Shown: positions 18,561 through 28,600 of the stretch, in pieces
Layout of the letters: each line of letters opens with the position of its first letter
Numbering within the stretch: the stretch's first letter is position 1
IMG/VR virus record: IMGVR_UViG_3300008952_000012
Coordinates: 70,530-134,529 of that record
Direction: 5' to 3' (one strand)
Origin: a virus
DNA length: 64,000 nt
Notes under the pieces: generated by a model
Seen by the model: the letters and a program-made list of their open reading frames with translations, nothing else
Database searches by the model: none
Told to the model about the DNA's origin: nothing
Translations under genes and position numbers: made by a program

Positions 18561-19214
18561 TTAGACGTTGAACTGTTTTGCCACATCAAGGGCGTCCCTG
18601 ATGTTTCCAATTGTCTTATTCCACATACCTCCGACGTTTTGTGACGGGTTGCGGAACAGTTGATTGATTGATGGCAGAACCATCATGGGAACCGGGTATT
18701 CAACCAAGTTTCCCTGTATGAAAGCTTCTGTCACCCTTCCACGCGCATCTGACAGCGATGTGGGCCTCGTCGTAACGCCCTTCATGGCGGCGCTCCCAAA
18801 GGCTAAGATGACGTGTGGCTCAATTATGTTTATCTCCGCATGCAAGCGTTCTTGGCAAGCGGATATCTCGCCCGTCTTTGGTGCGGGTAGCATTTCTATT
18901 CGCCCACGAGTTCTCGGGCTTAAGCTAGCGCTAGGGCAAGAGACGACGGGGGTGACCCACACGTAGCTTGGGTCTATCCCGGAGCGCTTGAAAAGCGATG
19001 AGAGAAACTTCCCCTCACCGCCATCAAGCGGGTTCCCCGTAACGGCTGCTCTTGGGCTTACGCGGTCAACTACCGCTACAATTTTAGTGTGTATTTTCCC
19101 CCGACCACTGATCATAACCTTTCGGTTCTTGTGGAGCGGGCACGCCGAGCAACCCCTGTATTCAAAGAGCACGGCGTCAATCTTCTCTTCCAATGCTCTT
19201 GTGTTTGAATCCAT
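18561..19214 (-). CDS. Family 4 uracil-DNA glycosylase-like protein with degenerate active site
   Basis: CSACPLH, CP, EISAC..RL..EI..I.P.VILAFG; GEAP and HP motifs absent. Confidence 0.75.
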   Translation of the reverse strand: MDSNTRALEEKIDAVLFEYRGCSACPLHKNRKVMISGRGKIHTKIVAVVDRVSPRAAVTGNPLDGGEGKFLSSLFKRSGIDPSYVWVTPVVSCPSASLSPRTRGRIEMLPAPKTGEISACQERLHAEINIIEPHVILAFGSAAMKGVTTRPTSLSDARGRVTEAFIQGNLVEYPVPMMVLPSINQLFRNPSQNVGGMWNKTIGNIRDALDVAKQFNV

Positions 19215-20607
19215 TTGCTAAAATCTTCCGGCGTAAGTTTCTACACATAGCCCCTGCTGGGCCAAATTTATAATCGTCGATTACAACTACAATTGGTTCC
19301 TTTTTGTTTGGGTATCGTCTTTCGATCCTACCCTTACCTTGCTGAAAAGAGCCCCAGGCCTTGAACGGCGTAGCAAAAACAAGCGTGTCTAGCGCGGAAA
19401 CATCCAAACCCTCCCTGGCTATGCCGAAGGTCGCAAACGTTACGTTGCTATCACGAATTACTTTTGTGCGCATATCACCTGAGGTGTCCCCAGTGACAAC
19501 ACCGGCTGTATACCTTTCCATACAGTGAGTGTCGAGCAACTTTCGCAAAAGTATGTCGGGGTGGTCTTTACTGTGGGTAAGGACTAGGATTTTTCTTCCC
19601 TTCCCCAAAGCGTCGTATACGACTGAAAGGATTTCCCTGTTTCGGGTCCCAGACTTTGAGAAGTATGTGTACATTTTACCGGCAGAAAATTCCCCGGTAA
19701 TATCACGAATTTCCGACGCGTCCTTTGGCATGGTTGTCCCAACCTTCTTAAAGAAGATCTTGGCCTCAAGGTCGCCAACGAGATCGCTATGGAATATTGG
19801 TCCAATATGCGAGTAGTAGACGTCCTCAAGACCATCTTCCCTTACGGGGGTTGCGGTCAATCCGTATCTATTACCGTAAAATAAAGGAGCCGTTTGGCTG
19901 AATGTGGACGCGGACAGGTGATGAACTTCATCAAAAATCACGGTCCCAAATCTAGCCCTGATCTCCTGGGGTACATCGTGCGCTCTTTTGGACAGCGTGT
20001 GTATCATTGCTAGTACCAGGGGCTTGTCCCATTCTTCTTTTGGGCCCTGCACGATGCCTATATCACTCTCCTGTATACCCAGGAACTCTAGCGCCCGTTC
20101 TTTCCATTGGTCCATTAGCCCAGAGTTGTTAACAATGACTATGGCTGGGTAGCCTCTTTCTGCTATCTTTTTTAGAGCGAGTACAGTTTTTCCCTTGCCA
20201 CAGGCTAGGTTCAAAACCCCAAAAGATTGCTTTTTGAAGGCCTCCCAGGCGATTTTTTGATCTTTGTCTCTGGGGGTAATTCTATCCCCAAAATCAAACT
20301 TCTCAAGAGAATCACTGAGCGGAAGCTCCGTCCAGTGTCCTATTTTAGATTTCCACTCTTCTTCTGTAAAAAAGTGTCGAGCTATTACTACGTAATCCCC
20401 AACCTCCCTTGCGAGTGGATATGTATTAGTATCTCCTGTCCGTTCATTAACCGATACGATCTTTGCAGCGTTTATTAGCGCTGATTTGTTTGGGATGTCC
20501 TCAGAAGGTATCCACATCCAAGCCGAACGATATGATCCGGAAAGGGACTTGCCTGAATCGGACTCGGGAAAATAAACCTTGTCCGAGTTCTTCTTCTTGT
20601 TAGCCAA
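19177..20607 (-). CDS. SF2 helicase (UvsW/XPB-like)
   Basis: LACGKGKT, IFDEVHH, GLTATP, REGLD, QGKGRIER. Confidence 0.9.
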   Translation of the reverse strand: MANKKKNSDKVYFPESDSGKSLSGSYRSAWMWIPSEDIPNKSALINAAKIVSVNERTGDTNTYPLAREVGDYVVIARHFFTEEEWKSKIGHWTELPLSDSLEKFDFGDRITPRDKDQKIAWEAFKKQSFGVLNLACGKGKTVLALKKIAERGYPAIVIVNNSGLMDQWKERALEFLGIQESDIGIVQGPKEEWDKPLVLAMIHTLSKRAHDVPQEIRARFGTVIFDEVHHLSASTFSQTAPLFYGNRYGLTATPVREDGLEDVYYSHIGPIFHSDLVGDLEAKIFFKKVGTTMPKDASEIRDITGEFSAGKMYTYFSKSGTRNREILSVVYDALGKGRKILVLTHSKDHPDILLRKLLDTHCMERYTAGVVTGDTSGDMRTKVIRDSNVTFATFGIAREGLDVSALDTLVFATPFKAWGSFQQGKGRIERRYPNKKEPIVVVIDDYKFGPAGAMCRNLRRKILANGFKHKSIGRED

Positions 20608-20608
20608 G

Positions 20609-21049
20609 TCAGTCCTCCAGTATTTTTGTTATGTTTTGTCGAATAAAGTATTCGATACTGTCCGTCCTTTTTCCGTCCAGGTTCTCAAAGAAGAGGTTAA
20701 GTAGCCGGTCTACCTTGTCGGCATCCACCTCAGTTTCAGTAATAAACTTCTTAAGTTCGGAATTTGCTGATGGTCCAAATGCCCGTTTTTTGGCTAGTTT
20801 TTTGTCGCTTCTCTCTTTGCAGACAGAGGCTATAATCTGCTTAGCCTCCTGATCCACATCGGGGTCCACGTTTAGCGCCACGAACATTTTCATTAGGCTT
20901 TGGTTGGAGGGAGCCGAACCGCCAGATTCATACAGGCGGACGGTTTCCCTACTCAGGCCACATTCGGTCGCGAACTGCCTAGAGGAGTACCCTCGCTCCG
21001 TTCGCATCCTTTGGAGCATGGCCCCAAAGTGGTTTACTTTTTCTCCCAC
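20609..21049 (-). CDS. XRE-family HTH transcriptional regulator
   Basis: FGAMLQRMRTERGYSSRQFATECGLSRETVRLYESG..PS. Confidence 0.85.
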   Translation of the reverse strand: MGEKVNHFGAMLQRMRTERGYSSRQFATECGLSRETVRLYESGGSAPSNQSLMKMFVALNVDPDVDQEAKQIIASVCKERSDKKLAKKRAFGPSANSELKKFITETEVDADKVDRLLNLFFENLDGKRTDSIEYFIRQNITKILED

Positions 21050-21051
21050 AG

Positions 21052-21345
21052 CTACTCCTCATCATCATCGGATTCCCCGCCGTCTTGACAGCTATCTTTG
21101 TATACGACAAGATCTTCTTTGTCACAAGTTTCTTCCTGGTCAAGAAGGTGTTGATCTGAATCTTCTGGATTTGCGAGTTGCTTTGACGTGTTATTATTTC
21201 CTTGTGATCGGAGTTGATTGGAAATGGAAGACAGCATATCGGCTAAGCCGTCTATAGCTATCTCAAGGAAGTCTTTTCCTTGCGGGTCCTGTAACTCCTT
21301 TGGTACTTCTACTTTAATGGTATATCTATTATCATCAGTTGACAT
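21052..21345 (-). CDS. Hypothetical acidic protein, first gene of the leftward unit
   Basis: GGAGG RBS before ATG 21345. Confidence 0.55.
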   Translation of the reverse strand: MSTDDNRYTIKVEVPKELQDPQGKDFLEIAIDGLADMLSSISNQLRSQGNNNTSKQLANPEDSDQHLLDQEETCDKEDLVVYKDSCQDGGESDDDEE

Positions 21346-21391
21346 GTTCACTAGCCTCCGGGTTTGGTGTAATTGAGTGTGGGTAGCATGG

Positions 21392-21401
21392 TGCTTATAC
21401 C
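21392..21401 (-). promoter_or_regulatory. Candidate phage promoter motif copy 3 (GGTATAAGCA) in the divergent region
   Basis: 47 nt upstream of the 21345 start. Confidence 0.5.
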
Positions 21402-21431
21402 AAAAAGCTAATAGCCCTTGTGGAGAACGGC

Positions 21432-22481
21432 ATGACAGAATTTTCAGGTACATACGACCATTACGACGATAACGGCCTTTTGCTCCGAAAGGAGATGGGC
21501 GAGAAAGGGATTCCCCCTGTGATCAAGACCGCTGCTGATTTATCGAATCCAGCAACGAGGCATGAGGGGGATTACGCGGTTGTCGCGGAGACACAGCGGG
21601 GGGTTGCTTACAAGTATCCAGTATCAGATGCTGGAAACGCTGTAGCGTCTGCCGTATATTTTTCTGAGTACGGGCACAAACTCCCGCAAGAACTCAGAAA
21701 GACCGCAGCAGCAGCCATTAATGAAGCCCTCTCTGGTTTCGGGTTTACGCCCCCGGAGGACCTTACCAAGACAGCCTCGATGGAACTTGGTTACAGCGGA
21801 GAGGGGGACAACATGTCTCTTGAAAAGCTGTTTGGTGTTGGCGGCGAAGACGACCCAATGGAGGTTGTGGAAGACGCTTTTTCCAAGCTGAGCCCCCGTG
21901 GCAAGAGCCGATTGGCCATGCAGGTCAAGGAGGCCGGTCTGCTTGAGAACGCCCCGGAAGAGCTTTCTGACTACTTGTCGCGAGACATCCCCGGAGTTGG
22001 GCCTAACTTTGACACTGCTGTTGACACCCGGAAGCTTGTCCTCTTGGACGCAAACGCTTCGGAGGAGCTAGACGAGCTTCAAAAGACATCGCAGTCTAAG
22101 TTTCTTAACCCAGAAGCCGTTGCGGAAGAACTTTCCCTGTTTGACCAAAAGCACCAGATCACGCATTTGTATGATCGCGTAATAATCGATCCATGGAAAG
22201 CGGTTCACAGCGAGTCTGAAAAGACGGCTTCTTACGGGATTAAGATTGACGCTGACCAAATTAGTGATGCTGTTGACAGTTCTAAGGTTGTTGAAATCAA
22301 CGGTAAAGAGTATACATCTGACGCAATTAATTCCTGGACCAACGATTCTGGGGCAGAAAAGCTGACCGACGCCTTTGGCGAAGAGTTCGCTAATGAATTC
22401 AAGGAAGACCCTGCGGTTGTTCTTGAGAGCCTCCCGGTTACTCACAGGAATGCAATAGCGCGGATGATTGATGATAACTGA
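21432..22481 (+). CDS. Putative virion/head protein with four KTA motifs
   Basis: IKTAA, RKTAA, TKTAS, EKTAS; first gene of the structural strand; GGAG RBS. Confidence 0.55.
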   Translation: MTEFSGTYDHYDDNGLLLRKEMGEKGIPPVIKTAADLSNPATRHEGDYAVVAETQRGVAYKYPVSDAGNAVASAVYFSEYGHKLPQELRKTAAAAINEALSGFGFTPPEDLTKTASMELGYSGEGDNMSLEKLFGVGGEDDPMEVVEDAFSKLSPRGKSRLAMQVKEAGLLENAPEELSDYLSRDIPGVGPNFDTAVDTRKLVLLDANASEELDELQKTSQSKFLNPEAVAEELSLFDQKHQITHLYDRVIIDPWKAVHSESEKTASYGIKIDADQISDAVDSSKVVEINGKEYTSDAINSWTNDSGAEKLTDAFGEEFANEFKEDPAVVLESLPVTHRNAIARMIDDN

Positions 22482-23145
22482 TAGCGCCACACAACCTGCC
22501 AGGGAACAGGAGCCGATTCGAGCGGCCTTTACAAACAAGGATATCCACCCGCTTGTTCTAAACCTGATCCTGGTCAAAGAATTTGGACCGGAGTATCTTT
22601 CTTGGGAACCTGAGACATGTTGGGTAGAAATATCTAAAACGTGGAACTCAACGGTTTCTGAGGTAAACAGGAACAAAATCCAAGCAGTTCGCACGTGCCA
22701 CACTACGGACCAGCCGTACGAAAGATGGGAAGTGTTTGATTCTGTTTCACTGGGACTCCTTGGTGTGCCACCGAAATTCGACTTAATCCAGAAGCCGACT
22801 CCACACCGAGCGGCTTTTGCGTTAGAGGTGCTGTCCCAGATAAAAGAAAGCCGGAAGGTCTCAGATGAGGTGTATAGGTACGTATCTGCATGCATGCTGG
22901 ACTACGGCATGGTTTTCGGCACCGGCCCTTTAAGTCCGTGCAATAAAATAATGGCTACGCTATTAGATCGGCATGGGAGGTCTCAGCAGGCCTCCGTTGG
23001 GGAAGCGATTCGAGAAAGCAAGCAGCCCACATTTGATGGAAATAGCGATAGCGACGTCCAGCTTATGAAAACTTTGTCTGTTAAAGACTTCCTTGAGGGC
23101 ACGTCAAGGATGCTTCTCATACAGCTAAAGAAGCATCTTTCGTAG
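22468..23145 (+). CDS. Hypothetical protein immediately upstream of portal
   Basis: Tiling; globular composition. Confidence 0.6.
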   Translation: MMITDSATQPAREQEPIRAAFTNKDIHPLVLNLILVKEFGPEYLSWEPETCWVEISKTWNSTVSEVNRNKIQAVRTCHTTDQPYERWEVFDSVSLGLLGVPPKFDLIQKPTPHRAAFALEVLSQIKESRKVSDEVYRYVSACMLDYGMVFGTGPLSPCNKIMATLLDRHGRSQQASVGEAIRESKQPTFDGNSDSDVQLMKTLSVKDFLEGTSRMLLIQLKKHLS

Positions 23146-23157
23146 GGAGCGATTACT

Positions 23158-25179
23158 ATGGCGTATGGAAATGACCGGTCGGGACGACACACTCTCGGGA
23201 GCAGATCTCGCGCAAAAACAATTGGGCGTCCCGAGTCTTTTTACCCCAGCCCATTCTTTGACGTAGCGCAGAATTATCTACCAAAGACCATCAAAGAGAC
23301 CTTTGACTGGTGCCTGTACTACCAACTAACAAACCCACTCATCAGCGCCGTTACTAGCAAGCTGGCAACTTACCCAATCACTGACCTTATCTATGAGGAT
23401 GACAATGAGGGTTTGGTTGAAATGTATCGGGACATGTTCGAGGGGCAGTTTTTGCTTCGGCAGTTCCTCATCGAAACAAACCTAGACAGGTACACTTACG
23501 GAAACGCTTTTGTGTCCGTCTCGTTCCCGTTCAAAAAGACCCTTAAGTGTAAGCACTGCAGCGCTACAAAGCCTGCCAAGGATATCAAGTACAAATGGAA
23601 GAACTTTAGATTCCACATCACGTGCGACAGTTGCCTCCAGAGCGGCGTAGCCGAGGTCAAGGACGAACACATAAAGTCCGCTAAGCAGATCAGGCTTATT
23701 CGTTGGAACCCTAAGAGTATTACCGTAAAATACAACGAAGTAACTGGAGCTAGTCAGTACTACTATTCGATGCCAAGGCACATGCGTAACGACATTATGC
23801 TTGGCAAGCCTTCAATGGTTGAGACCATCCCACAGGTTTTCATAGAGGCGCTCAGGAAAAAGAAGTCGATCCTCTTAGAAAGCTCCAAACTGTTCCACTG
23901 CAAGAGAGCCGCGATTTCCCGTGACCCGTCCGATAGTGGGTGGGGTGCTCCACTAATCCTTCCTGTTTTGAAAGACATATTTTTCTTGCAGGTTCTCAGA
24001 AAAGCACAAGAAGCCGTTGCCCTTGAGCATATTGTCCCCATGAGGGTGATGTTTCCCCAGGTAACCACTGACGGAAACAACCCCTACGCCCACGTCAATC
24101 TCCAGGACTGGCAGAACGAGGTTGTGGGTCAGATAAAAAAATGGCGGATGGACAATAACCACATACCGGTTATGCCCGTTCCTGTTGGCTATCAAATGAT
24201 TGGTGGGCAGGGGAAGTCGCTCCTTCTCCATCAAGAACTGCGCGTATATAACGACCAAATAATTGCTGGCATGGGCGTCCCCACCGGGTTTTTCTATGGT
24301 GAGCAGCAGTACTCTGGCGCATCCGTCAACATGCGGGCGCTTGAAAATGAGTTTCTCGGGAACCGTCAGGACATGCTCAGGCTTGTAGAGTTTGTAAGAG
24401 ATCGTGTCTGCGCGTTCTTAGACATGCCGAAAATGACGCTGAAGTTTAAGCCGTTCAAGATGGCTGACGATATTCAGAGAGCGTCGTTCGACATGAATTT
24501 GGCCAACGCCGGGATGATTAGTAGGCGCAGCTTCTTGGAGTCTCGTGACTTTAACTTTGACACTGAGCAGGAGCTTATTCACGAAGAAGGCAAGAAGCTC
24601 AATAGAGCCCAACGAGAAGGTATGATTTCCAACGCCGAGTCTCAGGGCGAAGCGATGCTTATCAATACCCGATACCAAATCCAGTCCCAAGAGCTTCAAA
24701 TGGAAGCCCAGCAGCAGCAACAGGCCAGCGGGCTGATGCCACCACAGCAACCCGGCCAACCCGGCCAACAGGCTGGCCCGCCGCCAGGACCGCCTCAGGA
24801 GGGGGCTCCCCCGGAAGCAGCGCAGCAACCGGGGCAAGAGGGTGGTGCCCCGCCGCCCGAGCAGCAACAGGCAAGCGGTCAGCCGCCGCCTGAGCAAGGG
24901 GCACCACTTCCCCCAGAAGCGGGTGTAGACCAAAGCCCTGTCGGCGCAGGAAACACCGGGCAGATGGTTGACCTGTTTGCGCAAGCCAAGCGGCTTACGG
25001 CGCAGATAAAGAAAATGGCGGAAGTAGATAGATACCGGGCGCTGGCACAGTTACGTGCCAGCAATCCCGATATCTATATGCTTGTAAACAACGCTCTATC
25101 TGGTGCTGGCATAAAGACCATGCAGCAGTTACCCGAAAAGCTTCCTCCTAGGGCAAACCCAGACAGGGCACAAATTTAG
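23158..25179 (+). CDS. Portal protein with zinc-finger insertion and Gln/Pro-rich C-terminal region
   Basis: NPLISAV.SKLA, YGNAFV, IRWNPKSI, GWGAPLILP, IAGMGVPTGFFYG...SGASV. Confidence 0.75.
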   Translation: MAYGNDRSGRHTLGSRSRAKTIGRPESFYPSPFFDVAQNYLPKTIKETFDWCLYYQLTNPLISAVTSKLATYPITDLIYEDDNEGLVEMYRDMFEGQFLLRQFLIETNLDRYTYGNAFVSVSFPFKKTLKCKHCSATKPAKDIKYKWKNFRFHITCDSCLQSGVAEVKDEHIKSAKQIRLIRWNPKSITVKYNEVTGASQYYYSMPRHMRNDIMLGKPSMVETIPQVFIEALRKKKSILLESSKLFHCKRAAISRDPSDSGWGAPLILPVLKDIFFLQVLRKAQEAVALEHIVPMRVMFPQVTTDGNNPYAHVNLQDWQNEVVGQIKKWRMDNNHIPVMPVPVGYQMIGGQGKSLLLHQELRVYNDQIIAGMGVPTGFFYGEQQYSGASVNMRALENEFLGNRQDMLRLVEFVRDRVCAFLDMPKMTLKFKPFKMADDIQRASFDMNLANAGMISRRSFLESRDFNFDTEQELIHEEGKKLNRAQREGMISNAESQGEAMLINTRYQIQSQELQMEAQQQQQASGLMPPQQPGQPGQQAGPPPGPPQEGAPPEAAQQPGQEGGAPPPEQQQASGQPPPEQGAPLPPEAGVDQSPVGAGNTGQMVDLFAQAKRLTAQIKKMAEVDRYRALAQLRASNPDIYMLVNNALSGAGIKTMQQLPEKLPPRANPDRAQI

Positions 25180-25410
25180 CTATGTATTTTGAGTTGCTAT
25201 CAGTATTGCGGACATCTCGTTGCATCTATCGCACCTACCTCTCTGGTAGAACGATGAAGGATGGTCCTCTTGTTTGATACAACGAGAACATACCCACGCA
25301 ACGCAACCTGTATTCTCAATGAAGTGAATACATTCGCCGCAGTTTCTGGGTTCGTTACACCAGATCCCAGCAACATCACAGGCAATGGCTTTTGGTGCGC
25401 GGGTACTCAT
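25180..25410 (-). CDS. Small Cys-rich protein
   Basis: 76 aa with 9 Cys including CGEC, CSRC, CDRC. Confidence 0.55.
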   Translation of the reverse strand: MSTRAPKAIACDVAGIWCNEPRNCGECIHFIENTGCVAWVCSRCIKQEDHPSSFYQRGRCDRCNEMSAILIATQNT

Positions 25411-25422
25411 TTAGTTAACTAC

Positions 25423-25542
25423 CTAGTTGCAGGGTACGAGTGCGCCATTAACGGCGTTCGCAAACTCCGCGCACGTACTCAAGTAAACGGTTTTCGTCAC
25501 AGTTCTTGTGTAAATCCTACTAAGATTTTGTACAAGTTTCAT
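25423..25542 (-). CDS. 39-aa peptide MKLVQNLSRIYTRTVTKTVYLSTCAEFANAVNGALVPCN (below ORF-track cutoff)
   Basis: AGGAG RBS 7 nt before ATG; downstream of promoter motif copy 4; ends 12 nt before the next minus-strand ORF. Confidence 0.55.
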   Translation of the reverse strand: MKLVQNLSRIYTRTVTKTVYLSTCAEFANAVNGALVPCN

Positions 25543-25581
25543 ATCGCTTCTCCTTTTTGTTTAGGGCAGTATTACCCATAA

Positions 25582-25591
25582 TTCTTATACC
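25582..25591 (-). promoter_or_regulatory. Candidate phage promoter motif copy 4 (GGTATAAGAA)
   Basis: 40 nt upstream of the 25542 start. Confidence 0.5.
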
Positions 25592-25624
25592 TAATACGGA
25601 GGCCGGGTTAGCACGGAGGAATAA

Positions 25625-28600
25625 ATGTCTAATATTCTAGATCCCCAGAGGGTGATGCAAGCCCTCGAAGACGGGACCGTAGAGCAAATAAGTAGCTTCT
25701 TCCCACTGGAAGGTAAGAAGCATGCCTTGGTCGCGAACAAGATCTACTCGGGCGGGGAAGTAGATTTAGATGATATTGCAAGCCAGAAGAATGCGAGACT
25801 CCGTGGCCGGACATGGGCACAGGGGCTGTATGGCGATTTCACCCTTGTTAACAAGGAAACCGGCAAGCCGGTTGACTCTGTAAAAAGGCTTAAAATAGCC
25901 AGCCTCCCTAAGATCACTAGGCGATACAGTTACATTGTTGATGGGACCGAGTACCAAGTAGACAACCAGTGGAGACTTAAGTCTGGCGTCTACACGAGAA
26001 GAAAGGCCAACGGGGAGCTTGAAAGCCAATTCAATCTAGCTGAGGGGCGCGGGTTCCGAATGGGCTTTGACCCAGCTAAGCGGCGATTCCTGGTTACCTA
26101 CGGGTCCTCTAACGTGCAGCTTCTCCCAGTCCTTCAAGCCCTAGGCGTTTCAGACGAGAAGATTAGAAGCGTTTGGGGAGACACGCTGTACTCCAGAAGT
26201 ATGGCGGATAAAAAGCGCGGGGAGGTCGTGAAGCTCGCAAAGGTTCTCTCGCGGGGCGCGACCCCGGCTAACGATTCTGAGGCGGCAGAGATTGTTAAAG
26301 CCTCTTACGGGGAAACCAAACTCCTCCCGGACACTACTAAGATAACGCTGGGAACATCGTTTTCAGCGGTTACGGGTGACGCGCTGCTTGCGACATCATC
26401 TAAATTATTAGGTGTTAATAAGGGCGAGCAGGAAGTCGATAACCGCGATTCGTTACGCTTCAAGGAACTTTGGTCGATCAATGACCACATCCCAGAACGA
26501 ATTCAAAACTCACAGCGAAGAATTAAGTACAAGCTGGGCAATAACATCGATAGGAAAGACAGCGTCCGATCCATTATTACGTCTGACATCTTTAACATAC
26601 CCATTAAGACTTTTTTCACGTCTACGAGCCTTTCGCAGCAGACATCGCAAGTAAACCCAGTAGACATGATGGGCGGGTTCCTTAGGACCACCATTATGGG
26701 ACAGGGTGGGATTATGAGCGAGAACGCTGTGTCTGAAGACGCTAAGCTCATTGACTCCAGCTACCTTGGGTTCATAGACCCCGTACATACCCCAGAAGGA
26801 AAAAGGTCTGGGATAAGCGGTCACTTAGCTTTGGGTGTGGAGAAGCACGGCACAACCCCTAAGATTCAGGTATACGATGTTGCGGCAAAGAAGTTTGCCT
26901 CCAAGAGCCCGGGCGAGCTTGTGGGGAAGGCCGTAGCTTTCCCTGATCAGTATTCTTTTTCCGGCAAGGCCCCAAAAGCTCTTGAGGACATGATCACCGT
27001 CGTAAAAAAAGACGGTGGTGACCCGGAGAAGGTTCTCCCTTCTGAGGTTGATTTCATAGTCAAAACGCCCAAGCAGTTATTCTCCATAACTTCTAATCTT
27101 GTCCCGTTTCTACCGTCTGATCAAGCTAACCGCGCAGGGATGGCCACAAGACACCTTGAGCAAGCCATCTCCCTCAAAGACCGGGAAGAGCCACTGGTTC
27201 AGGTTACGTCTGGAAATCCCAGTGAGAAGTACGGCACCTGGGAAAAGATCGTGGGGTCCTTCACCAGCCACACAAGCCGCGTTTCCGGTACGGTGGAGAC
27301 CGTTGGGAAGAACAAAGTTGTCATCAAGGCCGCCAACGGGGAAAAGCATGTGGTGCCCCTTTATGAGAACTTCCCCCTCAACGATAAAAAGGCATTCATA
27401 TCGAGCACCCCAACTGTGGCCAAGGGCGACAAGGTAAAGGTCGGCCAATCCGTAGCCGACACTAACTTCACGAAGAACGGGACCCTAGCCATGGGCACAA
27501 ATCTTCGTGTTGGGTATCTTCCGTATAAAGGGCTGGTTTTCGAGGACGGTATCGTAATCAGCGAAGGCGCTTCCAAGAAGCTGACCAGCGAGCATCTCCA
27601 CAAGAATAGGGCATATGTAGAGAAGTCTATGGCCGTGGGCCTAAAGAAGTTTAGAGCGAACTTCCCGGGATACGTGACTGAAGAGAACGCCACAAAGCTT
27701 GACGAGGACGGGGTTATTAAAAAAGGTCAAAAAGTTGACCCCGGCGACGTATTAATGACGGTTTTACAGAAAACCGAGCCGTCAAAAGAGCAGATACTTC
27801 TTAAAGGCATCCATAAGTCACTCATAAGGCCGTACAAGAACAAGTCCGTTACGTGGGACAAACCGTATACTGGTGTTGTCACTGACGTGGTTCGTAATGG
27901 TCGGGAGATCGTTGCCTACGTCAAGACAGAAGAGTCTGCTGACGTTGGGGATAAGCTTACCGGTAGGCACGGCAATAAGGGCGTTATTACGGCGGTGATA
28001 CCGGACGAGGAGATGCCTAAAGATGCCGAGGGCAACCCCATTCAACTTATTCTCAACCCCTCCGGTGTCCCAGGAAGGATCAACCTCGGGCAGGTTTTGG
28101 AGACCAGTCTCGGGAAAGTCGCTAAAAAGCGCGGAGAGCCCTATGCCGTTGAAAATTTCCAAGCTAACGACGGTAAGAAGATTGTTACCGTACGCGAGCA
28201 TAAACGTAAGATTAAGACTACCGGCGGGGACACTAAAGAGATCACGGTTAAAGAGCATAAGCGTGAGCTTGGGTACCAGGAAAGAGTTAAACAGATTCTA
28301 TCTGAAGAGGGTGTCTCTGAAACGACTGAACTGTTTGACCCTGAGACCGGTAAGAGTTTGGGGGAGGTGTTGGTTGGGCAACACTACACGCTGAAACTCA
28401 TGCATCAGGTCGATAAGAAGCTCAGATCCCGGGCTCACGGCTACGGCCACGACTACGATGCTAACTTGGTGCCAAAGGGCGGAGGCACGTCAGGGGCTGC
28501 CCAGAGATTCGGTGAGCTAGGCCTGTATGCGATGCTTGCCCACGGCGCGACATCGAATATTCGAGAGGCGCTAACGTATAAAAGCGATAAGGCGCAAGAC

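Noticed and set aside
22068-22895. 275-aa minus-strand ORF
   Set aside because: Shadow of two tiled plus-strand genes; no recognisable domain
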